38,599 nucleotides of DNA, taken from Planctomycetes bacterium UBA4800. GTDB lineage: Bacteria; Planctomycetota; UBA8108; UBA8890; UBA8898. The stretch lies in NCBI GenBank assembly GCA_002402755.1, contig DHGK01000125.1, forward strand, positions 7,822-46,420, read 5' to 3'. Position 1 is the first letter of the stretch. Every line of letters starts with the position of its first letter. The notes below the pieces were generated by a model. The model was not told where the DNA came from and did not search any database. It was given only the letters and a program-made list of their open reading frames with translations. Below, in pieces: positions 17,313 through 25,427 of the stretch. The translations under genes and the position numbers were made by a program.

Positions 17313-17980
17313 CGACGTACGAACGCTACTGGAAGGCCCGTGAGGGCGCCGTTCGGGAGCGCCTCCGCCGGCGAAGCCTTCAGCGGGCGCGCGCCGCGCA
17401 TGCGATGCTGGCGATCCGGAGCGGCACGTTGCTCGACGTGGGATGCGGCCCGGGCTTCGCGGCCGAGTTCTTCGCGGCGCGGGGATTCGCCGTGACGGGC
17501 GTCGAGCCCGCGCCGTCGGCGGCGCAGGACGCGCGCACGCGCGGGATCACGGTCGTGGAAGGCGATCTGTCGGCGGGCGCGCTGCCGCCGGGGCCGTTCG
17601 ATGTCGTGCTCGCGCTGGAGGTGCTCGAGCATCTCGCCGACCCGATCGCGGCCCTCGGCGCGCTCATGCGCGCGGCGCGGCCGGACGGCGAGGTCGTGGT
17701 GTCGCTGCCGAACGAGTGGCACATCCTGCGGCGGCTCGCGTTGCTCCTCGGCGCGGAGCCCCTAGGGGGCGCCGAGGATCCCCACATCCGGCACTTCGGC
17801 CTGCGCGCGGCGCGGCGGCTCTTCGATGCGGCCGGCGTGCCCGTGCGCGTCGAGCGTGCGGTCGCGATCATCCCGCCCTGGTGCGGCGCCGCCGATGCCG
17901 CGGGCCGGGTGCTCGCGCGGGCCGCGCCGCGGCTTTTCGGCCTGAGCTTCCTTTTCCTGGCGCGCAAGGAGGGGCGGTGA
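17279..17980 (+). CDS. Class I SAM-dependent methyltransferase
   Basis: Motif I LLDVGCGPGFAAEFFAARGFAVTGVE. Post-I/II motifs FDVVLALEVLEHLADP and PDGEVVVSLPN. The ATG at 17279 overlaps the GT4 3' end. Only the last 233 aa of track ORF 16436..17980 look like real protein. Confidence 0.8.
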   Translation: MRPRRPAIDAVTTYERYWKAREGAVRERLRRRSLQRARAAHAMLAIRSGTLLDVGCGPGFAAEFFAARGFAVTGVEPAPSAAQDARTRGITVVEGDLSAGALPPGPFDVVLALEVLEHLADPIAALGALMRAARPDGEVVVSLPNEWHILRRLALLLGAEPLGGAEDPHIRHFGLRAARRLFDAAGVPVRVERAVAIIPPWCGAADAAGRVLARAAPRLFGLSFLFLARKEGR

Positions 17981-20811
17981 GAATACCGGCGCGCCTCGCG
18001 ATCCTGAGCATCCCGGCGGCGGCGCTGCTCCTGTACTGGGGCATGCTCGCCGTGAAGGACGGCGCGCGCCCGGAGTTCGTCTTCGACGACGTGAAGCTGA
18101 TCAAGGAGAACCCGTGGGCGGGCTCGCTCGCCGACAACGCGGCGGCGTTCGACATCTTCTCGGACAGGTGGGAGCAGGAGAGCGTTCGCATCAACTACCG
18201 TCCGCTGCGATTTCTCTCGTACGCGATCGACTGGCGCCTGACGCGGTGGTTGTGGCCGGACGAGCAGGAGCTGCGCACCACGGTGTTTCACGCCCACAAC
18301 ATGCTCTTGCACGCACTGAACGGAGTGCTACTGCTGCTCGTGCTCGCACGCCTCCTGCCCGGCAGGGGCGGGCTGCCGCTCTTCCTCGCCCTCGTGTGGG
18401 TCGTCCATCCCCTTGCGACCGAGTCGGTGGCATACGTGTCGGGGCGCCGCGACGTGCTGTTCGCGGCGTGCTACCTCGGCGCGCTCGCGGTGTACCTGCA
18501 CGGCGCGCGCGAGTGGTGGCGGATTGCGCTGGCGGGGCTCCTGTACGTGCTCGGCATGCTGACCAAGGAGATGGCGGCGACGCTGCCCGCAGCCATGGCG
18601 CTGAGCGATATGTTTCTGCGCAGGCGGATCGATCGCCGCGCGGCGGCGTGCTATGCGCTTCTCGGCGCGGCGGGCGCCGCGTACATCGCCTTCAAGCTCG
18701 GCGTGAAGAACCCGGGCGGCGGCGCGCCGTACTGGGGCGGCACCCTGTGCACGGCGCTTCTCACGGAGGCGCGCGCGGTCTTCAGGTACATCTACCTGGC
18801 CCTCGTTCCGCTGGAGCTTTCTGCGGACTGGTCCTACGCCGCGATCAGGCCCTCCTCGGGCCTGATCGATCCCTGGACGACGCTGCCCGCCGCGGCCGTC
18901 GCGTCGGCGTGCGCGGCGGCCGCCGCATGGACGTTCATCCGGCGGCGGTCGTGCTGGGCGTTCGGCGCGTGTCTCTTTCTCGTGATGCTGTCGCCGGTCA
19001 TGCAGATCGTGCCGCACCCCGAGCGCTTCGCCGAGCGGTACATGTACCTTCCGCTCGCGGCCCTTCTGCTCGCGGGCGCCATGGCGTGCAACGCGCTCCG
19101 CCCGCTCGTGACCGGGAAGATCCTGGCCGCGGCCGTGCTCATCGTGTTTGCCGCGAGGACGTACGTGAGGACCGACGACTGGAGGTCCTCGATGTCGCTG
19201 TGGAAGAGCGCCGTCGCGGTCAATCCGGAGTGTGCCCGCGCGCGCCTCGGCCTTGCGTTCGCGCTGTCCGGCGCGAAGCGCTGGCAGGACGCCGGCACGC
19301 ATCTGGACCGCGCGATCGAGATTCTCGCGACGCTGCCGTCGCCGAGCCCGCTCGAGCGCGGGCACGCGCTCCAGGCGCGGGCGTTCCGCGCGCAGGCCGA
19401 CGCGGCGTACGGGGATGCGCTCAAGGCCGAGCTGGCGGGCCTCGCGCCCGACGACCCTCGCCGCGGCACCCTCAGGGACGGCGCGCGCATGCGCTACTCC
19501 CGGGCCGCCGCGGACTACGAGCATCTGCTCGGGAGCGTCGATGTCGATGGCCGCCCGTTCGCCGCGGGCCCGGGCGCGATCGCCACCTACGGGCTCCTGG
19601 GGGCGGTGTGCTTCAGGCTTGAGCGGTACGACCGGGCCGATGCCGCGTACCGGCACGTGCTCGCGCTGAGCGAGGGGTCGGGTTCGGCCGCGCGGCCCGC
19701 GCGGGAGGCGCGCTTCTGGCTGGGCATGATCGCGCTCGCGGGCGGGAAGACCACGCTCGGGACGCGGCAGATCCTCAGGGCGGCGCAGGACGCCGGAGAT
19801 GTGCGCGAGGCCTTTGCGTACAAGGCCCAGCTTGCGGAGATCCTCCGGAAGGTGGGGAGGTGGAGTGCGGCCCTCGACATCTACGATGAGATCAGGCCGC
19901 ACGCCGAGGGACAGGAGCGCCTGGCGGTGGATTACGCCCGGGCGGAGATCTTCGACCGGCTGGGGAAGCGCAGCGATGCGATCATGCTGCTGCGAGAGCT
20001 GCTCGAGCGGCAACCCGACCTGGTTCCCGCCGAGATCAGTCTCATCGACCTCGAGCTCAAGGATGGGCGCTGGCGGGAGGTCAGAACGCGCCTGGCCGCG
20101 CTCAAGGCGCGCCACGGAAGGCTGCCCGTGCTCGCGGCGTACGAGAAGCAGATCGCGCTGCAGGAAGAGCTGGCGGCCAAGGCGCCGTCGCAGGTACGGC
20201 GGGCGCTCGATGCCGAGACGCTGCTCGCCGCCGGCCGCGAGAACATGGACGCGGGCGCGTGGGGATTCGCAGTCGAGGCCTTCAAGGATGCGTTCGTCGC
20301 CGCGGAGGCCGCGGGGAGCAAGGAAACGGCGCTTCGCGCGCTCAGGTACCTCGCGCGGAGCCTGCAGCGCGCCGGAAGGCCGATCGAAGCGCTTCCGGTG
20401 CTGCAGAAGGCGCTGGCGGCGTCGCCCGACGACCCGCGGTTCCTGAAGGATCTGGGCGACCTGCATGCCGGCAGCCTCGAGAACATGCAGGAGGCGCTCG
20501 CGGCCTACACGCGCCTCGCGGCGGCGGCTGGCGATGGCGCCACGCGCGTCGAGGCCAACCTGGCGATGGGCGGCCTGCTGGAGAAGAACGGCGCCGGCGA
20601 GGAGGCCGCGATGTGCTACGACCGTGCCGCGCAGGCCGGCAGCGTGCCGCCCGCGATTCACAGGCGGCGGGGCGAGCTGTGGGAGGCTGCCGGCGACGTT
20701 GCCAGGGCCCGCGCCGCCTACGATGCCTACCTGGAATGCGAGGAGGATCCGGAGACGCGCCGTGCGGTCGAGGAACGGCGGCGGGCGCTGCCGAGCGGGG
20801 AGACGCCGTGA
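17977..20811 (+). CDS. Polytopic GT-C-like membrane protein (PMT/TMTC-like, loop-1 FDD motif) with C-terminal TPR array
   Basis: The GTG at 17977 overlaps the methyltransferase stop (GTGA), with AAGGAGG upstream. The N-terminal half has many hydrophobic helices (LAILSIPAAALLLYWGML, LLHALNGVLLLLVLARLL, LPLFLALVWVVHPL, IALAGLLYVLGML ...). EFVFDDVKLIKENP follows the first helix. The C-terminal half is about 450 aa of TPR-like repeats (e.g. ARLGLAFALSGAKRWQDAGTHLDRAIE and EANLAMGGLLEKNGAGEEAAMCYDRAAQ). Confidence 0.7.
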   Translation: MRIPARLAILSIPAAALLLYWGMLAVKDGARPEFVFDDVKLIKENPWAGSLADNAAAFDIFSDRWEQESVRINYRPLRFLSYAIDWRLTRWLWPDEQELRTTVFHAHNMLLHALNGVLLLLVLARLLPGRGGLPLFLALVWVVHPLATESVAYVSGRRDVLFAACYLGALAVYLHGAREWWRIALAGLLYVLGMLTKEMAATLPAAMALSDMFLRRRIDRRAAACYALLGAAGAAYIAFKLGVKNPGGGAPYWGGTLCTALLTEARAVFRYIYLALVPLELSADWSYAAIRPSSGLIDPWTTLPAAAVASACAAAAAWTFIRRRSCWAFGACLFLVMLSPVMQIVPHPERFAERYMYLPLAALLLAGAMACNALRPLVTGKILAAAVLIVFAARTYVRTDDWRSSMSLWKSAVAVNPECARARLGLAFALSGAKRWQDAGTHLDRAIEILATLPSPSPLERGHALQARAFRAQADAAYGDALKAELAGLAPDDPRRGTLRDGARMRYSRAAADYEHLLGSVDVDGRPFAAGPGAIATYGLLGAVCFRLERYDRADAAYRHVLALSEGSGSAARPAREARFWLGMIALAGGKTTLGTRQILRAAQDAGDVREAFAYKAQLAEILRKVGRWSAALDIYDEIRPHAEGQERLAVDYARAEIFDRLGKRSDAIMLLRELLERQPDLVPAEISLIDLELKDGRWREVRTRLAALKARHGRLPVLAAYEKQIALQEELAAKAPSQVRRALDAETLLAAGRENMDAGAWGFAVEAFKDAFVAAEAAGSKETALRALRYLARSLQRAGRPIEALPVLQKALAASPDDPRFLKDLGDLHAGSLENMQEALAAYTRLAAAAGDGATRVEANLAMGGLLEKNGAGEEAAMCYDRAAQAGSVPPAIHRRRGELWEAAGDVARARAAYDAYLECEEDPETRRAVEERRRALPSGETP

Positions 20812-21512
20812 GACGCGTGCGCGTCCACATCCCCGGCGCCGCCGCGGGGTCGCGCATCATGCTTCCCGCGGGCGAGGCGCACCACGTCCGCGACGTGCTC
20901 AGGCTGGGGGAAGGCGCGATCCTCGAGGTCATCGATGGGGAGGGGCGCCGCCGCGGAGCCGTCATCGTCGCCGCCGCCGGAGGGCGCGTCGAGGTGGCGG
21001 TGGCCGCGGATTCGGAGGAGACATGCGCGCCGGCGCCCGTCACCGTGGCCGCGGCGCTCGTCAAGAAGGGACTGGATGATGCGGTTCGCGGGATCGTCGA
21101 GATCGGCGCCGCGCGCTTCGTGCCGCTCGTCACCGCACGCACCGTCAAGGGGCTGGAGCCCAGGACGGAACGGTGGACGCGAATCGCCGCGGAGGCCCAG
21201 AAGCAGTGCGGCCGTTCCCGCCGGCTGGAGATAATGCCGTGCCGCTCCTTCGAGGACTTCCTCGCGGCCGTTCCGCCGGGGACGCGCTTTGTTGCGGACG
21301 TTGCGGCCCCGGGCCTGCTCGCGACCCGCGCCGCAGGCGCGCCGCCTCCGTATGAGATCCTTATCGGCCCTGAGGGGGGCTTCACGGGGGAAGAGCTTTC
21401 CGCCATGGCGGCGGCGGGGTGCCGCCCGGCAAGCCTCGGCGCCTACACGCTGAGAACGGAAACCGCAGTCGTGGTCGCAGCCGCGGTGCTGGTGCAGGCG
21501 GCGGGCCCTTAG
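20808..21512 (+). CDS. rsmE: 16S rRNA (uracil1498-N3)-methyltransferase
   Basis: VRRVRVHIPG...GEAHHVRDVLRLGEG (PUA-like N-terminus). AAALVKKGLDDAVRGIVEIGAARFVPL, ERWTRIAAEAQKQCGR and ILIGPEGGFTGEE are RsmE signatures. The GTG at 20808 overlaps the upstream stop (GTGA). Confidence 0.88.
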   Translation: MRRVRVHIPGAAAGSRIMLPAGEAHHVRDVLRLGEGAILEVIDGEGRRRGAVIVAAAGGRVEVAVAADSEETCAPAPVTVAAALVKKGLDDAVRGIVEIGAARFVPLVTARTVKGLEPRTERWTRIAAEAQKQCGRSRRLEIMPCRSFEDFLAAVPPGTRFVADVAAPGLLATRAAGAPPPYEILIGPEGGFTGEELSAMAAAGCRPASLGAYTLRTETAVVVAAAVLVQAAGP

Positions 21513-21515
21513 CCC

Positions 21516-21584
21516 CGAAGGCACGAAGGGTCTCGGGTGCATCCCGAGCGCGCGGTGATTCTGCGCCGATCCCTGGTGCCTTCG
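21516..21584 (+). other. Predicted three-way-junction RNA structure immediately 3' of rsmE
   Basis: Outer 9-bp stem: cgaaggcac (21516-21524) pairs with gtgccttcg (21576-21584). It encloses hairpin ctcggg-tgcat-cccgag (21532-21548) and hairpin gcgcgg-tgatt-ctgcgc (21550-21566, one G-U pair). It starts 4 nt after the rsmE stop, and no T-tract follows. Confidence 0.35.
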
Positions 21585-21751
21585 TGGCGTTCATTGGCGT
21601 GGAAGGCCCTCCGAGTGTCCAGCGGGATCCGACATGAGCGGTCTCTCACGCACGGGAACTGGAGCTACAGACCTGGACCTTGTCTAAAGCCGCGGGCCCC
21701 CGCGCCCGACGTACTGTCAAGACAGGGTCGCCGGCGCCGCGGCGATCGCCC

Positions 21752-21780
21752 TTGACAGCCTGCCGCGCGCGGGCTAATAT
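21752..21780 (+). promoter_or_regulatory. Sigma70-type promoter for rplM-rpsI (TTGACA-17 nt-TAATAT)
   Basis: Perfect -35 TTGACA at 21752-21757, a 17-nt spacer, then TAATAT at 21775-21780. It lies 48 nt upstream of the rplM ATG, which has an AGGTGG SD. Confidence 0.7.
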
Positions 21781-21827
21781 CGTTCCTTTTCCCTGGTCTT
21801 CATTGCAATCATGCTGACAGGTGGAAT

Positions 21828-22268
21828 ATGCGCACCTACTGGCCGAAGAAGGAAGAAGTGGTGCACAAGTGGTACCACGTCGACGCCGAGGGCAAGATCC
21901 TGGGCCGCCTTGCGGTCAAGATCGCCCGCGTGCTCATGGGCAAGCACAAGCCGATCTTCTCGCCGCACGTTGACACGGGCGATTTCGTCGTCGTGACCAA
22001 TGCCGAGAAGGTCAAGGTCACGGGCCGGAAGCTGACGCAGCGGCTGTACTGGCGCGATTCGCGCCACCACAGCAGCCTCAAGTCGCAATCCATGGCCGAG
22101 ATCCTCGCCTCCAGCAAGCCCGAGCGCGTGCTGTACCTGGCGGTCAAGCGCATGCTTCCCAAGCGCGTGCTCGGACGCCAGATGCTGCGGAAGCTGAAGG
22201 TGTATGCCGGCCCGGACAACCCGCATGCCGCGCAGAAGCTCGAGAAGCTCGATGCGGCGGTACGCTGA
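21828..22268 (+). CDS. rplM: 50S ribosomal protein L13
   Basis: KWYHVDAEGKILGRLAVKIARVLMGKHKPIFSPHVDTGDFVVVTNAEKV..TG.K is canonical L13. Confidence 0.97.
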   Translation: MRTYWPKKEEVVHKWYHVDAEGKILGRLAVKIARVLMGKHKPIFSPHVDTGDFVVVTNAEKVKVTGRKLTQRLYWRDSRHHSSLKSQSMAEILASSKPERVLYLAVKRMLPKRVLGRQMLRKLKVYAGPDNPHAAQKLEKLDAAVR

Positions 22269-22286
22269 ACGATCGGAGGTTGATAC

Positions 22287-22676
22287 ATGGCGACGTTGTA
22301 CGTGGGCACCGGACGCAGGAAGAACGCCGTCGCGCGCGTGCGCATGGTCGATGGCACGGGCCGCATGTTCGTCAACGACCGCGAGGCGACCGAGTACTTC
22401 CGGCTCCTGAAGTACCTGGAGTTCGCCCGCGCGCCGCTCGTGACCACCAAGACCGAGAAGAGCTTCGACATCACGATCAACGTCGACGGCGGCGGGCTCC
22501 ACGGCCAGGCGGGCGCCGTCCGCCTCGGTATCGCCCGCGCGCTCGCGAAGATGAGCCCGGACAACGAGAAGCTCATGCGCGATGGCAAGTTCCTCACCCG
22601 CGATGCGCGCTCCAAGGAGCGCAAGAAGTACGGGCGGCGCGGCGCGCGGCGCGGCTTCCAGTTCTCGAAGCGCTGA
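22287..22676 (+). CDS. rpsI: 30S ribosomal protein S9
   Basis: YVGTGRRKNAVARVRM..G.G...VN... and GGGLHGQAGAVRLGIARAL...LTRDARSKERKKYGRRGARRGFQFSKR are canonical S9. Confidence 0.97.
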   Translation: MATLYVGTGRRKNAVARVRMVDGTGRMFVNDREATEYFRLLKYLEFARAPLVTTKTEKSFDITINVDGGGLHGQAGAVRLGIARALAKMSPDNEKLMRDGKFLTRDARSKERKKYGRRGARRGFQFSKR

Positions 22677-22706
22677 TGCCGGCCCCGTGGGGGGCCGCTC
22701 CGCGAC

Positions 22707-24296
22707 GTGGCGCTGATTCTCCGGCAGCTCACACGCCCGCTCGACGAGCGGGAGGACGATTTTCTCGCCCGGGTCGGGCGCATGCTCGCCGCCCGCGGGT
22801 GTCCTCCCCGTTCGTTGCGGCCCTACCGCCGATCCATCGATGCCCGTCCGGGCCGCCCGCTCGCGTTCGTCTATCACGTCGAGGTCGAGGTCCAGGACGA
22901 ACGGCGTCTCAGGTCGCGGTTTCGCGGCATGACCGCCGCGGCGGATGACGAGCGCGTCGAGGAGCCGCGGCCCGGGAAGACGCCGCTCGAAGGCCGGGTG
23001 CTGGTCGTGGGGGCCGGCCCCGCGGGGCTGTATGCCGCGCACTGCTTGGCCGCGGCCGGCTACCGGCCGCTCCTCTGCGAGCAAGGCCTGCCGCTCGGCG
23101 ACCGCGTGGCCGCCGTCAGGCGGTTCTTCCGCGATCGCATCCTCGACCCGGATGGCAATCTTCTCTTCGGCGAGGGCGGCGCGGGAACCTACTCCGATGG
23201 GAAGCTGCTCACGAGGACCAGCCGCCCCGGGGTGCGCGCGTGGTACCGGCTGCTCGTCCGCTGCGGGGCGCAGGAAGACATCCTCATCGACGCCCAGCCC
23301 CACATCGGCACCGATCGGCTGCGGGCCGTCGTGGAGGGCATGCGCGCGCGCATCCTCGCGGCGGGAGGCGAGATGCGCTTCCGTTGCCGGGTCGATGGGC
23401 TCAAGGTCGAGGAGGGACGCCTTCTCGCGGTCAGGGCCGGGGGGGAGTGGATCGCGGCGGGGGCCGTCGCATGGGCGCCCGGCCAGCATGCCGACGAGAC
23501 GTACGACCTCGTGGCCCGCGCAGGCGGATGCATCGAGCCGCGGCCCTACCAGCTCGGCGTACGGATCGAGCACGACCAGGAGGCGGTCGACAGGTGGCGC
23601 TACGGGGCGCACGCCGGCCACCCCGCACTGCCGCCGGCAAGCTACCAGATCACGTGGCATGCGCGCGAAGAGCGATTGCGCGGGGTGACCACCTTCTGCA
23701 TGTGTCCGGGAGGCGAGGTCGTGCCGATCGCGCCGTGCCAAGGGAGGCTCGGCACCAACGGCATGAGCTACTCGTTCAGGCGGAGGCGCTTCGCCAACAG
23801 CGCGCTGATCACGACGCTGGAAGCGCCCGGGGCCTCGTACGAGGAGGTGCTCGCCTTCCGGGCGCGGCTGGAGGCGCGCGTGTTCGAGGCGGGGGGCGGG
23901 GACTGGAGCGCGCCCGCGCAGCGCGCCGCGGATTTCACGGCGGGGATGTCCTCGGCCGCGATCCCCGCCGCGTCTTCCTACAGGCTCGGGCTGCGCGCCG
24001 CGCCCGTCGCGGAGCTGTTGCCCCCGGCGGCGGGCGCCTCGATCGGCGCCGCGCTGGCGCACTTCGACACGCTGCTCCGCGGGTTCGCGACGGGCGACGC
24101 CGTGCTCATCGGCGTGGAGTCGCGCGTGTCGTCGCCGCTGCGGATCAGGAGAACCGCGGCCGGGGAGAGCGCGGGCATCGCCGGGCTGTATCCCTGCGGG
24201 GAAGGCGCGGGGTATGCGAGCGGCATCACGAGCTCGGCGCTGGACGGGAAGCGCGCGGCGGATGCGATCATCGCGCGTTTCGCGCCGCCGCCCTGA
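22707..24296 (+). CDS. FAD-dependent oxidoreductase (uncharacterised FAD-dependent dehydrogenase, COG2509-like)
   Basis: Rossmann motif VLVVGAGPAGLYAAHCLAAAGY. FGEGGAGTYSDGKL. C-terminal GLYPCGEGAGYASGITSSALDG. The start is a GTG at 22707. Confidence 0.75.
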   Translation: MALILRQLTRPLDEREDDFLARVGRMLAARGCPPRSLRPYRRSIDARPGRPLAFVYHVEVEVQDERRLRSRFRGMTAAADDERVEEPRPGKTPLEGRVLVVGAGPAGLYAAHCLAAAGYRPLLCEQGLPLGDRVAAVRRFFRDRILDPDGNLLFGEGGAGTYSDGKLLTRTSRPGVRAWYRLLVRCGAQEDILIDAQPHIGTDRLRAVVEGMRARILAAGGEMRFRCRVDGLKVEEGRLLAVRAGGEWIAAGAVAWAPGQHADETYDLVARAGGCIEPRPYQLGVRIEHDQEAVDRWRYGAHAGHPALPPASYQITWHAREERLRGVTTFCMCPGGEVVPIAPCQGRLGTNGMSYSFRRRRFANSALITTLEAPGASYEEVLAFRARLEARVFEAGGGDWSAPAQRAADFTAGMSSAAIPAASSYRLGLRAAPVAELLPPAAGASIGAALAHFDTLLRGFATGDAVLIGVESRVSSPLRIRRTAAGESAGIAGLYPCGEGAGYASGITSSALDGKRAADAIIARFAPPP

Positions 24297-24604
24297 GCGC
24301 GGGGCCTGCATGGGCGTCGCTCCCGTGGACGCGAAGAACGAGGATTGCCGCGAAGGCGCCAAGACACCAAGGGCGCGCATGTCGCCCGATACCGCAGGAT
24401 GACGCCGCGATCGCGATCGCGCGGCGTGTCTCCGGCTGCCGGCGAGGCCGTTCCGTCGTGGTCTTCGTGCCCTCGCGGCCAGCGGGCCGCCGGCGCGGGT
24501 TGCGGCGGCGCGGCGCGTAGGCTACACTCCGCCGGGCGAGGCGCTCGGCCGGTTCGCGCCGCGCACACTCCCCCGTCTCGATCCCTTGCCGGAGAACGCC
24601 GCTC

Positions 24605-25354
24605 ATGAAGTCGTCGTGGACGATCATCTTCGATTTCGGCAACACGCTCGCGCCCTTCAACGAGCGCGAGGCCGCGGCGATCACCGCGGACATCGCCGCA
24701 TGCGCGGAGCGGCGGGCCGGCATCGGCGCCGCGTCGTTCACGGCCTCGTGGCTCGCAGAACGCGATGCGGATTTCAGGAGGTCGGCGGTGTCGGGCGAGG
24801 AACACGATTTCGGCGCGCGCCTGTCGCGCGTGCTCGCGGGCGCCGGCCGTGCGCCGGAGCCCGCGCTGTGCGCCGAGATCGAGGCGTGCGCGGTCGAGAG
24901 CTTCGTCAGGCACGTGCGGGTGGACGCCGAAATCGGCGCGGCGCTGCCGGCCCTCGCGGCGCGCTGCAGGCTGGGCGTGCTCTCCAACTACCTGCTGTCC
25001 GAGCCGATTCACCGGGTGCTTGCGCGCGACGGGGTGCACGGGCTGTTCGCGAAGGTCATCGTTTCGAAGGAAACGGGCTTCGCCAAGCCGGATCCGCGAT
25101 GCTTCGATGCCATCGTGCGTGCGCTCGCGCTGCAGAGGGAGCGGACGGCGTACGTGGGCGATGATTACCGGATCGATGTCGAAGGAGCGCTGAGGGCGGG
25201 GCTGCGGCCCGTGTGGACATGGGCCTTGCGGACGCCCCTTCCGGCGGAACCGGACACGCCGCATGCGGCCGTCCGGCGCCTCCGGACGCGCGGCGAATAC
25301 CTCCGGTTCCTGGGCGATCCCGACGCGGTGCTCGACGCCGCCGCGAGTTCCTGA
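24605..25354 (+). CDS. HAD-superfamily hydrolase with variant motif I (DxGNT)
   Basis: IIFDFGNTLAPF has Gly in place of the second Asp of motif I, as in YihX-type HAD-IA members. GVLSNY (motif II), KETGFAKPDPRCF (motif III Lys) and YVGDDYRIDVEGALRAGL (motif IV). Confidence 0.8.
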   Translation: MKSSWTIIFDFGNTLAPFNEREAAAITADIAACAERRAGIGAASFTASWLAERDADFRRSAVSGEEHDFGARLSRVLAGAGRAPEPALCAEIEACAVESFVRHVRVDAEIGAALPALAARCRLGVLSNYLLSEPIHRVLARDGVHGLFAKVIVSKETGFAKPDPRCFDAIVRALALQRERTAYVGDDYRIDVEGALRAGLRPVWTWALRTPLPAEPDTPHAAVRRLRTRGEYLRFLGDPDAVLDAAASS

Positions 25355-25406
25355 ATCCCCCCCGGCCTCCTTGCCGTGAACGCGTGCGGGGCGAACGCAG
25401 GGCAAT

Positions 25407-25427
25407 CAGCCTACAGCCTACAGCCTC
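25407..25427. repeat. Tandem heptamer (cagccta x2, then cagcctc)
   Basis: Read directly: cagcctacagcctacagcctc. It lies between the convergent genes and overlaps the first two plus-strand bases of the minus-strand stop triplet (25426-25428). Confidence 0.7.

Noticed and set aside
5142-17722. Giant minus-strand ORFs (5142-8831, 8701-12942, 12761-17722; 1229-1653 aa)
   Set aside because: These are shadow ORFs antisense to well-supported plus-strand genes. Their composition is dominated by Arg/Leu/Asp/Gly from GC-rich antisense codons. They have no recognisable motifs and no SD sites. They are expected in high-GC DNA, where stop codons are rare.
21516-21584. Cloverleaf-like fold after rsmE with a 7-nt loop containing GCA
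   Set aside because: There is no D-arm (only 7 nt between the outer stem and the first hairpin). The T-loop is non-canonical, position 37 would be a pyrimidine, and the outer stem is 9 bp. It is not a tRNA. I keep it only as an unexplained RNA structure.
21774-24380. 868-aa minus-strand ORF opposite rplM, rpsI and the FAD oxidoreductase
   Set aside because: It is antisense to two unmistakable ribosomal protein genes, and its sequence is Arg/Pro/Ala-rich with no domain signature.
24402-24427. GC-rich hairpin acgccgcg-atcgcgatcg-cgcggcgt downstream of the FAD oxidoreductase gene
   Set aside because: The stem is only 8 bp, there is no T-tract, and it lies about 105 nt past the stop. Such palindromes (CGATCG-type) are common in high-GC DNA, so the evidence is insufficient to call a terminator.
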